From NCBI RefSeq assembly GCF_017642695.1, contig NZ_JAEPQD010000001.1: DNA of 64,000 nucleotides. The stretch is one strand, 5' to 3'. A program made the position numbers and the translations under genes. Below, piece by piece: positions 29,637 to 38,412 of the stretch (its first letter is position 1; every line of letters starts with the position of its first letter). Source of the stretch: Parvibaculum sp. Lineage in GTDB: Bacteria; Pseudomonadota; Alphaproteobacteria; Parvibaculales; Parvibaculaceae. The notes below the pieces were generated by a model. The model ran no database searches and was not told the origin of the DNA. It saw only the letters and a program-made list of their open reading frames with translations.

Positions 29637-29757
29637 ATAAGTTCGTCGCCCGCCGCTTCAAGAGCGCGGAAAACGTAACCTTTCCATTGCCTTCGCTCTT
29701 TCGCCGCCGCATAACGGGCGCCGACAGCGCAGCCGCGCCAGCGACGGAATTTCACGA

Positions 29758-30765
29758 ATGGACCAGCCCCAAAACCGCGTTTTCTCGGGCGTGCAGCCCA
29801 CCGGCAATCTGCATCTCGGCAATTATCTGGGCGCGATCCGCAATTTCGTGGGTCTCCAGCACACGCATGAATGCATCTATTGCGTGGTCGACATGCACGC
29901 GATCACGGTCTGGCAAGACCCGAAGGAACTCGCCGCGAACACGCGCGAGGTCGCGGCCGCCTATATCGCCGCGGGCATCGATCCGTCCACGAACATTATC
30001 TTTAACCAGTCGAAAGTCTCGGCCCATGCCGAACTCGCATGGATTCTGAACTGCGTTGTCCGTATCGGCTGGCTGAACCGCATGACTCAGTTCAAGGACA
30101 AGGCGGGCAAGGACCGCGAGAAGGCCTCCGTCGGCCTCTATACCTATCCGGTCCTGATGGCGGCCGACATTCTCGCCTATCGCGCAACGCATGTGCCTGT
30201 GGGCGAGGATCAGAAGCAGCATCTGGAGCTCGCCCGCGACACGGCGCAGAAGTTCAACAACGATTTCGGCTCGCCGGATTTCTTTCCGCTGCCCGAGCCC
30301 CTCATCATGGGCGCGGCGACGCGCGTCATGTCGCTGCGCGACGGCACCAAGAAGATGTCGAAGTCGGACCCTTCCGACCTGTCGCGTATCACCATGCGCG
30401 ACAGCGCCGACGACATTGCGAAGAAGATCAGGAAGGCGCAGACCGATCCCGAGCCCCTTCCCGAATCCGTCGAAGGGCTCGAAGGCCGTCCGGGCGCCGA
30501 CAATCTCGTTGGTATCTATGCCGCGCTGTCGGACAAGACGAAAGCGGATGTGCTCGCGGAATTCGCCGGCGCGCAATTTTCTGTCTTCAAGCCGGCGCTC
30601 GCCGATCTAGCGGTCGAAAAATTGTCGCCCATCACGAACGAAATGAAACGTCTGATGGAAGACCCCGCCTATATCGACGGCATCCTCGAGAAGGGTGCGG
30701 TTCGCGCCCGCGCCATCGCCGACCCCATTCTCGCCCGCGTGCGAGAGATCGCCGGCTTCATCTGA
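29758..30765 (+). CDS. trpS: tryptophan--tRNA ligase
   Basis: 335 aa. HIGH-like motif (TGNLHLGN) and KMSKS motif. Confidence 0.95.
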   Translation: MDQPQNRVFSGVQPTGNLHLGNYLGAIRNFVGLQHTHECIYCVVDMHAITVWQDPKELAANTREVAAAYIAAGIDPSTNIIFNQSKVSAHAELAWILNCVVRIGWLNRMTQFKDKAGKDREKASVGLYTYPVLMAADILAYRATHVPVGEDQKQHLELARDTAQKFNNDFGSPDFFPLPEPLIMGAATRVMSLRDGTKKMSKSDPSDLSRITMRDSADDIAKKIRKAQTDPEPLPESVEGLEGRPGADNLVGIYAALSDKTKADVLAEFAGAQFSVFKPALADLAVEKLSPITNEMKRLMEDPAYIDGILEKGAVRARAIADPILARVREIAGFI

Positions 30766-30784
30766 CATTTTCTCGGAAGTCGTT

Positions 30785-30832
30785 CGCATACGGATGACCG
30801 TTGCCATCGTGCAACGGCGCGTATGCGTTTTT
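30785..30832 (+). terminator. rho-independent terminator after trpS (nested hairpin CCGTTGC-catcgt-GCAACGG inside cgcatacg/cgtatgcg, then TTTTT)
   Basis: Read from sequence immediately after the trpS stop codon. Confidence 0.5.
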
Positions 30833-30995
30833 GCGATTCTTCGAAATTGCGCTTGCCGCATCGCCTGCGCGGGCGTAGTTACGCGCTCCCGATTTCATCG
30901 GCCCGAGTAGCAGCGGCGCAAGTTCTGAATGCTTGTCCGGCGCGGGATCGCCCTGCGGTCGCCGTGTGTCGATACCGGTTCGAGTGTCGGGTGCC

Positions 30996-31072
30996 ACCGA
31001 TGTAGCTCAGTGGGAAGAGCATCAGACTTAGGATCTGACTGTCGAGGGTTCGATTCCCTCCATCAAAGCGGT
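30996..31072 (+). tRNA. tRNA-like element / probable tRNA pseudogene (canonical D-arm, anticodon loop CTTAGGA with anticodon UAG, T-arm GAGGG-TTCGATT-CCCTC, but acceptor stem disrupted)
   Basis: TAGCTCAGTGGGAAGAGC D-arm and a GGTTCGATTCC T-arm are unmistakable. The 5' acceptor strand ACCGATG pairs only with CATC on the 3' side (CATCaaagcGGTA: perfect if the 5 nt aaagc are removed). Short variable loop despite a Leu-type anticodon. Confidence 0.35.
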
Positions 31073-31469
31073 AGGGACCAAAAGTCCGTGCGGGTTCGAG
31101 TCCCGCTCAGCCGTGCAACGCGGCACCAAAACGGGTACCGGAACCGGTCGTGCGACGGCTGGCCGATGCAGCGTTTCGCCATGAGGCGAAGCGGCGGCGG
31201 AGGCTTGCCCGAGCCCTCCGATGACGGCCGCATGACGGATGAAGACGAAGGCGGATCGGCGCCGGGCAAGGCGCGGGGAAACCCGCGTTGCGCCTCGTTC
31301 CTTTTCTCCGACGTCCGCTCTCCGGATGCCGCCCTCGTCCGAGGTGACGGGTTCCGGGCTCTGACTATCGCTTCCTCGAGAAGCACCAACCGCTCCTGCG
31401 GGAGCCAACGATGAAAGGACTTTGCAGCGCATGACCTAGGTGATGCCGACAAAGAGAAGGAGAAGACCC

Positions 31470-32531
31470 ATGATGAAGATGATCGAAAGGGCGCTCGGCT
31501 ACGAGCGCATCGTTGTGAAGGAGAACGAGCGTGCGCTTGCGCTCCTCAACGGACGGTTCGTGGGAATCCTTGAACCGGGTGAACACCTCATGCGCAACAG
31601 GCGCAAGGGGCTTGTGGTCGAGCGCCACAGTCTGGTTCGCCCCGAGTTCGTGTCGGAATACCGGGATGCGCTCATCCGGGAGATGCCGGAAGCGTCGGCC
31701 GTGCACTTCACCGAGGTGAGGACGGCTGCCGATGAGGTGGCGCTCGTGTTCAGGGACAGCCGGCTCTATGCCGTACAGAAGCCGGATGGTCATGCCGTCT
31801 TCTGGACTGCGGCCGGTCCGTGGAGCGTCGAACGCGTGAGCGTGGTGGACACGCTTGCCGTGCCGGCGAAGTACGTGAAGCGTCTCAAGCAGACGGCGCT
31901 CAAGGACACGGTTCTCGCGTTCGAGGTTCAGGACGGTCAGGTCGGCGTGCTCTACGTCGACGGCGATCTTGTCTCGACGCTCGGTCCGGGGTCTCACCTC
32001 TTCTGGCAGGTGGGGTCGAGGGTTTCCGTGAAGCTCATCGACACGCGTCTCCAGTCGCTCGAGGTCACGGGTCAGGACGTGCTCACGCGTGATCGCGTCA
32101 CGATCCGTGTCAACGTTTCCGCGGAATACCGGGTAACCGATCCGCGGAAGGCGGCGCAGTCGGCGAAGGACTATGCCGAGACGTTCTACCGGGCGCTCCA
32201 GCTTGCGTTCCGGAAGACGATCGGCATGCGTTCTCTCGACCAGATCCTTGAAGACAAGGTGACGGTCGACGCCGAGGCCGCCGGTACCGTCCGGTCCGAA
32301 ATGGCCGCGCTCGGTATCGAGGTTGGCGAGATCGCCCTCAAGGACGTGATCCTCCCGGGCGAGATGCGTGAGATCCTCAACCAGGTGGTTGCTGCGGAGA
32401 AGGAGGCCGAGGCCAACGTGAGCCGCTCGACCTTCGAGGCGCTCGAGAAGATCGCCTCGAAGGTCGAGCGGCTCACGGTCCACAACGGCACGGGCGGTCT
32501 CATGAACGAGATCGCCAAGCTCCGGGACTGA
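31470..32531 (+). CDS. SPFH (band-7/slipin-like) domain protein, no N-terminal TM, coiled-coil C-terminus
   Basis: Start at MMKMIERALGY with a GAGAAGGAGAAG RBS. SPFH core (VTGQDVLTRDRVTIRVNVSAEYRVTDP...ALGIEVGEIALKDV). Confidence 0.7.
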   Translation: MMKMIERALGYERIVVKENERALALLNGRFVGILEPGEHLMRNRRKGLVVERHSLVRPEFVSEYRDALIREMPEASAVHFTEVRTAADEVALVFRDSRLYAVQKPDGHAVFWTAAGPWSVERVSVVDTLAVPAKYVKRLKQTALKDTVLAFEVQDGQVGVLYVDGDLVSTLGPGSHLFWQVGSRVSVKLIDTRLQSLEVTGQDVLTRDRVTIRVNVSAEYRVTDPRKAAQSAKDYAETFYRALQLAFRKTIGMRSLDQILEDKVTVDAEAAGTVRSEMAALGIEVGEIALKDVILPGEMREILNQVVAAEKEAEANVSRSTFEALEKIASKVERLTVHNGTGGLMNEIAKLRD

Positions 32532-32701
32532 AGTCCGAGGCACAAGCGAAGGCAGGGCCCGCCGCAAGGCGGGCCCTGTTGCTTTCGGCATTTGCATTGC
32601 CGCGCCAACGGGATAGCGTCGGGCCGCCCCTCCTCTTGATCGAAAATGCATCGATCCCATGTAGTTTGGGCAGGCCCGCCGGTAACCGAGGACTCTCCCT
32701 G

Positions 32702-33787
32702 ATGGCATCCTTCCGAGAAACGTTGTCGAACGCTCGCGAATGGCTTCGGCACCGCTGGATGTATCGGCCGGGAGACGGAACGGCAGCCGCGACAACGGCC
32801 GGAACGAGTGGCGGCCGCGGCCTCGGTGGCCGCATGGGTGGCGCCTTCCGGAGCCTCAACCGCCCTGGCATCGGCAATATGGTGAAGCGCGTGCTGATCG
32901 CGCTCCTCGTTCTCGTTCTTCTATATTATCCGATCGGCATGCTTGTCGTGCACAAGGTCGATGACGACATCGACTTCGCGCCCTCCGCTGCCGACACAGC
33001 CGAAGGCGGCAGCATGGCCGTTGCCTATGCGGCGGGTCTCGTGGATCGCGAGGTCAACCAGAACAACTGGACGGCGAACGATCCCTTCTTCCAGCCGGGC
33101 GTCATGCTCGACAACATGCCGAACTTCCAGCAGGGCATCATGTCGGCGCTGGCGCGCTTCGGCTTCGAGCTGACGGATCAGCTCGGTCGCACGCGCGGCT
33201 CATCGGAAGCCGACCCCGATCTGCAGCGCGCGGCCGGCCTCCTCCAATATCCCGGCAATGTCTGGATCTGGAACCCGAGTGTCTCGCTCGCACCGCGCGC
33301 AAGTTCGGAATCCCAGTATCGCGACGCGCGCGAAAGGCTCCTCGCCTATAACGACCGCCTCGCGAAGGGCAACGCCAACTACGATATTCGCGCCGACAAT
33401 CTGCTCGCGACGATCGAGCGCTTCGCGGCTGATATCGGATCGTCTTCCGCACTGATCGACCGTCATCTGAACGAGGAAGCGGGCAGCTTCTTCGACTCCG
33501 AAGCCGACGACATCTTCTATTTCACCAAGGGCAAGCTCTACGGCTACTACATGGTGCTGCAGGGTCTCGGCGAGGATTTTGCGCCCATCATCAAGGAACG
33601 AAATCTCGACAAGCCCTGGAACGAGATGATGGAAAGCTTCCGCAAGGCGGCGCTGCTCGATCCCTGGGTGGTGATGAACGGCGATCCAGATGCCCAGTTC
33701 CAGCCGAACCATCTTGCCATGCAGGGCTTCTATCTGTTGCGCGCCCGCACGCAGCTCCGGGAAATCAGCAATATCTTGCTGAAATAG
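32702..33787 (+). CDS. DUF2333 family membrane-anchored protein
   Basis: Start at MASFRETL. A single TM (VLIALLVLVLLYYPIGMLVV) followed by a large extracytoplasmic or soluble domain. Confidence 0.65.
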   Translation: MASFRETLSNAREWLRHRWMYRPGDGTAAATTAGTSGGRGLGGRMGGAFRSLNRPGIGNMVKRVLIALLVLVLLYYPIGMLVVHKVDDDIDFAPSAADTAEGGSMAVAYAAGLVDREVNQNNWTANDPFFQPGVMLDNMPNFQQGIMSALARFGFELTDQLGRTRGSSEADPDLQRAAGLLQYPGNVWIWNPSVSLAPRASSESQYRDARERLLAYNDRLAKGNANYDIRADNLLATIERFAADIGSSSALIDRHLNEEAGSFFDSEADDIFYFTKGKLYGYYMVLQGLGEDFAPIIKERNLDKPWNEMMESFRKAALLDPWVVMNGDPDAQFQPNHLAMQGFYLLRARTQLREISNILLK

Positions 33788-33839
33788 CTCTCGTTTCAAA
33801 TGCTTGCCCGCTGCCCCGCCCGGTGGCAGCATCCGCCCC

Positions 33840-34346
33840 ATGAGCGAATCTGAACCATCGGACCGGCCCGCTGCGCCGGAAAAACGGCGCAAGTTTCTCG
33901 TCATTGTCGACGGCACGCCCGAATCCGAGATTGCCATTCATTTCGCGAGCCTCCGGGCCGCCCACACCGGCGGCGTGGTGACGCTGCTTGCCGTCATCGA
34001 GCCGGGCGAGGCTTCTCAGCAATGGCTCGGGGTGAAGAACATCATGCAGGAAGAGGCGCGGGACGAAGCCGAGGAGCTTCTGCACAGGCTCGCAGCGCAT
34101 GTGAACGAATATGCTGGCATCATGCCTGAACTCATCATCCGAGAGGGCCGCCGCGCCGAGCAGGTGATGCAGCTTCTCGCCGAAGACAAGGATGTCGCCA
34201 TCCTCGTTCTTGCCGCGGGTACGGGCAAGGAAGGGCCGGGGCCTCTGGTCAGTATGGTCGCCAGCGCCTCTGAAAAAGCCTTCCCGATCCCCGTGACTGT
34301 GGTGCCGGGCACTCTCACCGAGGAAGCGATCCGCTCGCTGGCTTGA
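33840..34346 (+). CDS. universal stress protein (UspA family)
   Basis: 168 aa. KFLVIVDGTPESEIA ... AILVLAAGTGKEGPG ... VTVVPG. Confidence 0.8.
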   Translation: MSESEPSDRPAAPEKRRKFLVIVDGTPESEIAIHFASLRAAHTGGVVTLLAVIEPGEASQQWLGVKNIMQEEARDEAEELLHRLAAHVNEYAGIMPELIIREGRRAEQVMQLLAEDKDVAILVLAAGTGKEGPGPLVSMVASASEKAFPIPVTVVPGTLTEEAIRSLA

Positions 34347-34425
34347 TTCCGGGCGGCAGGCGGTCCATCTATAGGCTGCGCCGCACCAAGGTGCTAAACC
34401 CCGGCGATATAAAGGTTTTTCTACC

Positions 34426-34983
34426 ATGTTCATTCAGACCGAAGCGACGCCCAATCCGGCAACCCTGAAGTTCCTGCCCGGCCGCGAGGTTCTCGGCGAG
34501 GGGCGGGCCGCCGATTTTCCGACGCGCGAAGCGGCCGAGCGCTCGCCGCTCGCGATGCGCCTCTTCGCGGTCGAGAACGTGGCGGGTGTCTTCTTCGGCA
34601 GCGACTTCATTACCGTCACGAAATCGGGCGGTGAGTGGCAACACATGAAGCCCGCGCTTCTCGGCGCGATCATGGAACATTTCACCGGTGGGGCACCGGT
34701 TCTCTTCGCTGCGGGCGACGGCGACGACGCCCATGCCGGTCACGACGGCGAGAACGGCGAGATCGTCTCGCAGATCAAGGAAATTCTCGACACGCGCGTC
34801 CGCCCGGCGGTCGCGCAGGACGGCGGCGACATCACCTTCCAGGGCTACGAGGAAGGTATCGTGTTCCTCAACATGCAGGGAGCCTGTGCGGGCTGCCCCT
34901 CCTCCACGGTGACATTGAAGCGCGGCGTCGAGAACATGCTCAAGCACTACATCCCCGAAGTCGTGGAAGTACGTCAGGTCTGA
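34426..34983 (+). CDS. NifU-family Fe-S cluster assembly scaffold (Nfu type)
   Basis: 185 aa. N-terminal Nfu_N (MFIQTEATPNPATLKF). C-terminal NifU motif (GACAGCPSS). Confidence 0.85.
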   Translation: MFIQTEATPNPATLKFLPGREVLGEGRAADFPTREAAERSPLAMRLFAVENVAGVFFGSDFITVTKSGGEWQHMKPALLGAIMEHFTGGAPVLFAAGDGDDAHAGHDGENGEIVSQIKEILDTRVRPAVAQDGGDITFQGYEEGIVFLNMQGACAGCPSSTVTLKRGVENMLKHYIPEVVEVRQV

Positions 34984-35085
34984 GCATTCTGACCGGACGT
35001 CAGAACACCGTCAGCGAGACTGGCGCGCGCAGCTGAAAACGCTATCGTGTGCCCCTCGGTTCATTGTGCGAAGGAGAACAGACCC

Positions 35086-35679
35086 ATGAGCGGAAAGCTG
35101 GGGGATGAGGCGCTCGACGTCATTTTCCGTCAGGCACGCACTCATAATGCGTGGACGGACCAACCGGTCTCGGACGACACCCTCAAGGCGCTCTACGATT
35201 TGATGAAGTGGGGTCCGACCAGCGCCAACATGTCGCCTGCACGGATTATCTTCGTGAAATCGAAGGAGGCGAAGGAAAAGCTCGAGCCCGCGCTCATGGA
35301 AGGTAACCGCAAGAAAAGTATGCAGGCGCCCGTGACCGCAATCATCGGCTATGACGTGAAATTCTACGAGCGCCTGCCGGAACTCTTTCCGCATGAGCCC
35401 GCCGCCAAGACCTGGTTCAACTGGTCGGACGAATGGGCGGAACAGAACGCCTTTCGCAACGGCTCGCTTCAGGGCGCCTATTTCATCATCGCCGCGCGCT
35501 CGCTCGGCCTCGACTGCGGTCCTATGTCCGGCTTCGACATGAACAAGGTCAACGAACTGTTCTTCGCCGGAACCAACGTGAAGTCGAACTTTCTCTGCAA
35601 TATCGGTTATGGCGATCCCTCGGGTCTTTTCGAACGCAGTCCGCGGCTTCCTTTCGATGATGCCTGCGAGATTGTCTGA
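35086..35679 (+). CDS. nitroreductase-family protein (RutE/YdjA-like malonic semialdehyde reductase)
   Basis: Start at MSGKLGD with an AAGGAGA RBS. Nitroreductase fold ([17 protein letters not shown]...[15 protein letters not shown]). Confidence 0.75.
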   Translation: MSGKLGDEALDVIFRQARTHNAWTDQPVSDDTLKALYDLMKWGPTSANMSPARIIFVKSKEAKEKLEPALMEGNRKKSMQAPVTAIIGYDVKFYERLPELFPHEPAAKTWFNWSDEWAEQNAFRNGSLQGAYFIIAARSLGLDCGPMSGFDMNKVNELFFAGTNVKSNFLCNIGYGDPSGLFERSPRLPFDDACEIV

Positions 35680-35700
35680 GCACCTAACGGAGAACCTCTG

Positions 35701-36396
35701 GTGATCGTTCTCGCCTTCGATACAGCGCAAGGCGCACTCTCCGCCGCGGTGCATGATGGCGAGGGTGAGCTTGCCACGATCTTCGAGGAGCGCACGCGGG
35801 GTCACGCCGAAGCACTGATGCCGATGCTGGAAACGGTGCTGGCGGAAGCAGCGCTCGGTTTCGCCGATCTTGATGCGCTCGCGGTGACCGTCGGTCCCGG
35901 TACCTTCACCGGACTGCGCGTCGGTCTTGCCGCTGCGCGCGGTCTTGCGCTCGCCCGCGATCTGCCCCTTGTCGGTGTGACGACACTCGAAGCCGTCGCG
36001 GCGCCTGTGAGCCTGGTTGCCGGAGAGGCGGTCGTTGCGGCATTCGACGCCCGGCGAGACGAAATCTACTTGCAGGTTTTCGGCGATGGTCTCTCGCCGC
36101 TCTCCCCGCCGCTTCTGACCGGTCTTGACGCCGCGATGACGCAGCTGCCGGCTGCGCCCCTTGTTCTTGTCGGCACCGGCTCGGCGCTTCTTGCTGCAAA
36201 ACTGGAAATGGCGGGCCGGACATATCGTCTTGCGGATGCCCGTCCCCAGCCCGACGCCAGCGTCATTGCCCGGCTGGCCGTGTCGCGACTCGCGGGCGAG
36301 GGACCGGAAGCCTTTCGCGTACCGCCGCCGCCGCTCTATATAAGGGCACCGGATGCAAAGCTCCCGGGCGGACGCGACCCGGGCGAAGCGGCATGA
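35701..36396 (+). CDS. tsaB: tRNA threonylcarbamoyladenosine biosynthesis protein TsaB
   Basis: 231 aa, GTG start. VLAFDTA...GPGTFTGLRVGLAAARGLA. Confidence 0.85.
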   Translation: MIVLAFDTAQGALSAAVHDGEGELATIFEERTRGHAEALMPMLETVLAEAALGFADLDALAVTVGPGTFTGLRVGLAAARGLALARDLPLVGVTTLEAVAAPVSLVAGEAVVAAFDARRDEIYLQVFGDGLSPLSPPLLTGLDAAMTQLPAAPLVLVGTGSALLAAKLEMAGRTYRLADARPQPDASVIARLAVSRLAGEGPEAFRVPPPPLYIRAPDAKLPGGRDPGEAA

Positions 36397-36884
36397 CAGT
36401 TTTCCCGGTGCCTGTGCCGGATGATGCCTCGGCGCAACGTCTATCGGCGCTTCATGCGGAATGCTTCAACGAAGCCTGGGATGCAGCGGCGATTGCGCGC
36501 CTTCTTTCCATGCCCGGTGCCTTTGCCTATTGGGCGGCGGAGTCCGCAGAAACAGGGGAATCGCCCGACGGCTTTGTGCTTGCCCGGACTGGCGGCGGCG
36601 AGGCGGAGATTCTGACCATCTGTGTCCGTCCCGCCGCGCGCGCGGCCGGGCTCGGTCGCGTACTTCTCGCTGCGGCTGCGGCTCATGCGGCCGCCGCTGG
36701 CGCGGGGTCTCTCTTTCTGGAGGTAGCGGAAGACAACATACCCGCTCTGCGCCTCTATGAGAGCTTCGGTTTCTCCCTGGTCGGCGTGCGTCCGGCCTAT
36801 TACGAGCGCGGTTCGTCACGGGTCGCCGCGCGGACGCTGAAGCTCGACCTTCCTCGCGATGCGGCGCCAGTCATAAATCCTTGA
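36393..36884 (+). CDS. rimI: ribosomal-protein-alanine N-acetyltransferase RimI (GNAT)
   Basis: 163 aa. 4-nt overlap with tsaB. GNAT motif (RPAARAAGLGRVLL...LEVAEDNIPALRLYESFGF). Confidence 0.8.
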   Translation: MTVFPVPVPDDASAQRLSALHAECFNEAWDAAAIARLLSMPGAFAYWAAESAETGESPDGFVLARTGGGEAEILTICVRPAARAAGLGRVLLAAAAAHAAAAGAGSLFLEVAEDNIPALRLYESFGFSLVGVRPAYYERGSSRVAARTLKLDLPRDAAPVINP

Positions 36885-36961
36885 TTGACGAAGGGTTTTA
36901 TCGGGATGGCGGGGCTCGGGGCGACGCCGCTCCTTGATGACAAGCGCATGGTGCTTGGCCT

Positions 36962-37459
36962 ATGATGCTCATGATGACAGACAAGACGACAGCGGCCGTG
37001 CGGCCCGAAGACATGCCCAACGATCCCGAGCGGATCGAGAATCTCTGCGTCGAAAAGGGAATGCGCATGACCGATCAGCGCCGCGTCATCGCGCGCGTGC
37101 TCTCGGTCGCCCATGACCATCCCGACGTCGAGGAGGTCTATCGCCGCGCAGCGGCAGTCGACAGCAAGATATCGATTGCGACTGTTTACCGGACGGTGCG
37201 CCTTTTCGAGGAGGCGGGTATTCTCGAACGCCACGACTTCCGCGATGGGCGTTCGCGATACGAACAGGTACCGGAAGAGCATCATGATCATCTGATCGAT
37301 CTTCAGAACGGCACCGTGATCGAATTTCACAACGATGAAATCGAACGGCTGCAACAGATCATTGCCCGCGAGCTAGGCTTCGAACTTGTCGATCACCGGT
37401 TGGAACTTTACGGATTGCCACTCGACCGGAACAGGAAACCGGAAGCCAAGAAAGGGTAA
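36962..37459 (+). CDS. fur: Fur-family transcriptional regulator (Fur/Mur type)
   Basis: 165 aa. Winged-helix region (MRMTDQRRVIARVL...IATVYRTVRLFEEAGIL). Metal-site HHDHLID. Alternative ATG at 36974. Confidence 0.85.
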   Translation: MMLMMTDKTTAAVRPEDMPNDPERIENLCVEKGMRMTDQRRVIARVLSVAHDHPDVEEVYRRAAAVDSKISIATVYRTVRLFEEAGILERHDFRDGRSRYEQVPEEHHDHLIDLQNGTVIEFHNDEIERLQQIIARELGFELVDHRLELYGLPLDRNRKPEAKKG

Positions 37460-37500
37460 TCCTCGTCCGTGGCTAGGGCCGGAGGGGGAGGGAGACGTAC

Positions 37501-38364
37501 ATGGCAACCGCTCGGGCTGCAGTTCTGCTGACAGGCTTCATTCTATCAGCCGTCCTCCTGATGCCGCTGCAATGGCTCGGTCTCAAGCTCGGCTTGCCTT
37601 ACGCCCGCACGCTTCCCAATCGCTATCACCGCTTTCTTTGCCGCTTGATCGGCATCAAGGTGATCCGGTTCGGTGAGCCCCATAGCGGCGGCGCCTGCCT
37701 TATTACGGCCAACCACACGTCGTGGCTCGATATTCCCATCATCGCCTCGCTCGAACCCTGCTCCTTCGTCGCCAAGAGCGAGGTCGCGGGCTGGCCCTTT
37801 TTCGGCACGCTGGCGAAACTGCAGCAGACCGTATTTGTGGAGCGCGAGCGGCGCACCCGTACGGCCCATTCGCGCAACGAGATCCATGCGCGCATCGCCG
37901 CCGGCGACCGGCTGGTCCTGTTCCCCGAAGGCACGTCGAGCGATGGCAACAGGGTGCTTTCCTTCAAGAGCGCGCTCATGAGCGTCGCCCAGCTCACCAT
38001 CGTTAACGGCGAGGAGGATCGGGAGGACGATCTCGTCGTCCAGCCTGTCTCGGTCGCTTATACCGGTCTCTACGGCATGCCCATGGGCCGCTATTTTCGG
38101 CCCTTCTTCGCCTGGTATGGCGATATGGAGCTTTTCCCCCATCTCTGGGAGGCATTTTCGCTGGGGCCGATCGAGGTGACGGTCGAGTACCACAAGCCCG
38201 TCACGATACGGGAAATCGGCAACCGCAAGGCGCTCGCGGCCTATTGCGAAGCCTGCTGCCGCGAAGGCGTGACCCGGGCGCTCAATGGCCGCCGGGACGA
38301 GGGAAAAGAGGCATATGCGGAACCGGCGGAAGCTGTTGCCCGTCCGAGGGTTGCCGGGGCTTGA
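37501..38364 (+). CDS. lysophospholipid acyltransferase of the PlsC family (candidate OlsA, lyso-ornithine-lipid O-acyltransferase)
   Basis: 287 aa. HXXXXD motif (ITANHTSWLDIPI) and FPEGTSS motif. N-terminal TM. Confidence 0.8.
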   Translation: MATARAAVLLTGFILSAVLLMPLQWLGLKLGLPYARTLPNRYHRFLCRLIGIKVIRFGEPHSGGACLITANHTSWLDIPIIASLEPCSFVAKSEVAGWPFFGTLAKLQQTVFVERERRTRTAHSRNEIHARIAAGDRLVLFPEGTSSDGNRVLSFKSALMSVAQLTIVNGEEDREDDLVVQPVSVAYTGLYGMPMGRYFRPFFAWYGDMELFPHLWEAFSLGPIEVTVEYHKPVTIREIGNRKALAAYCEACCREGVTRALNGRRDEGKEAYAEPAEAVARPRVAGA

Positions 38365-38412
38365 GCCTTCTTGCCAAACCGTTCGCCGCCGCCCGGCTAT
38401 ACATGATAGGCT

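Noticed and set aside
30929-31414. 161-aa plus-strand ORF and the overlapping minus-strand ORFs 31028..31432 and 31063..31452
   Set aside because: They run straight through the tRNA-like element and the hairpin-rich spacer. They have no RBS and no domain similarity, and read as Arg/Ser/Gly-rich low-complexity sequence
30766-31440. Possibility that the ORF-free 675-nt region after trpS encodes a two-piece (permuted) alphaproteobacterial tmRNA
   Set aside because: T-arm-like and ACCA motifs are present, but no tag-peptide reading frame (ANDN...AA-stop) can be found anywhere in the region. The tRNA-like part has a D-arm and an anticodon loop, which tmRNA lacks
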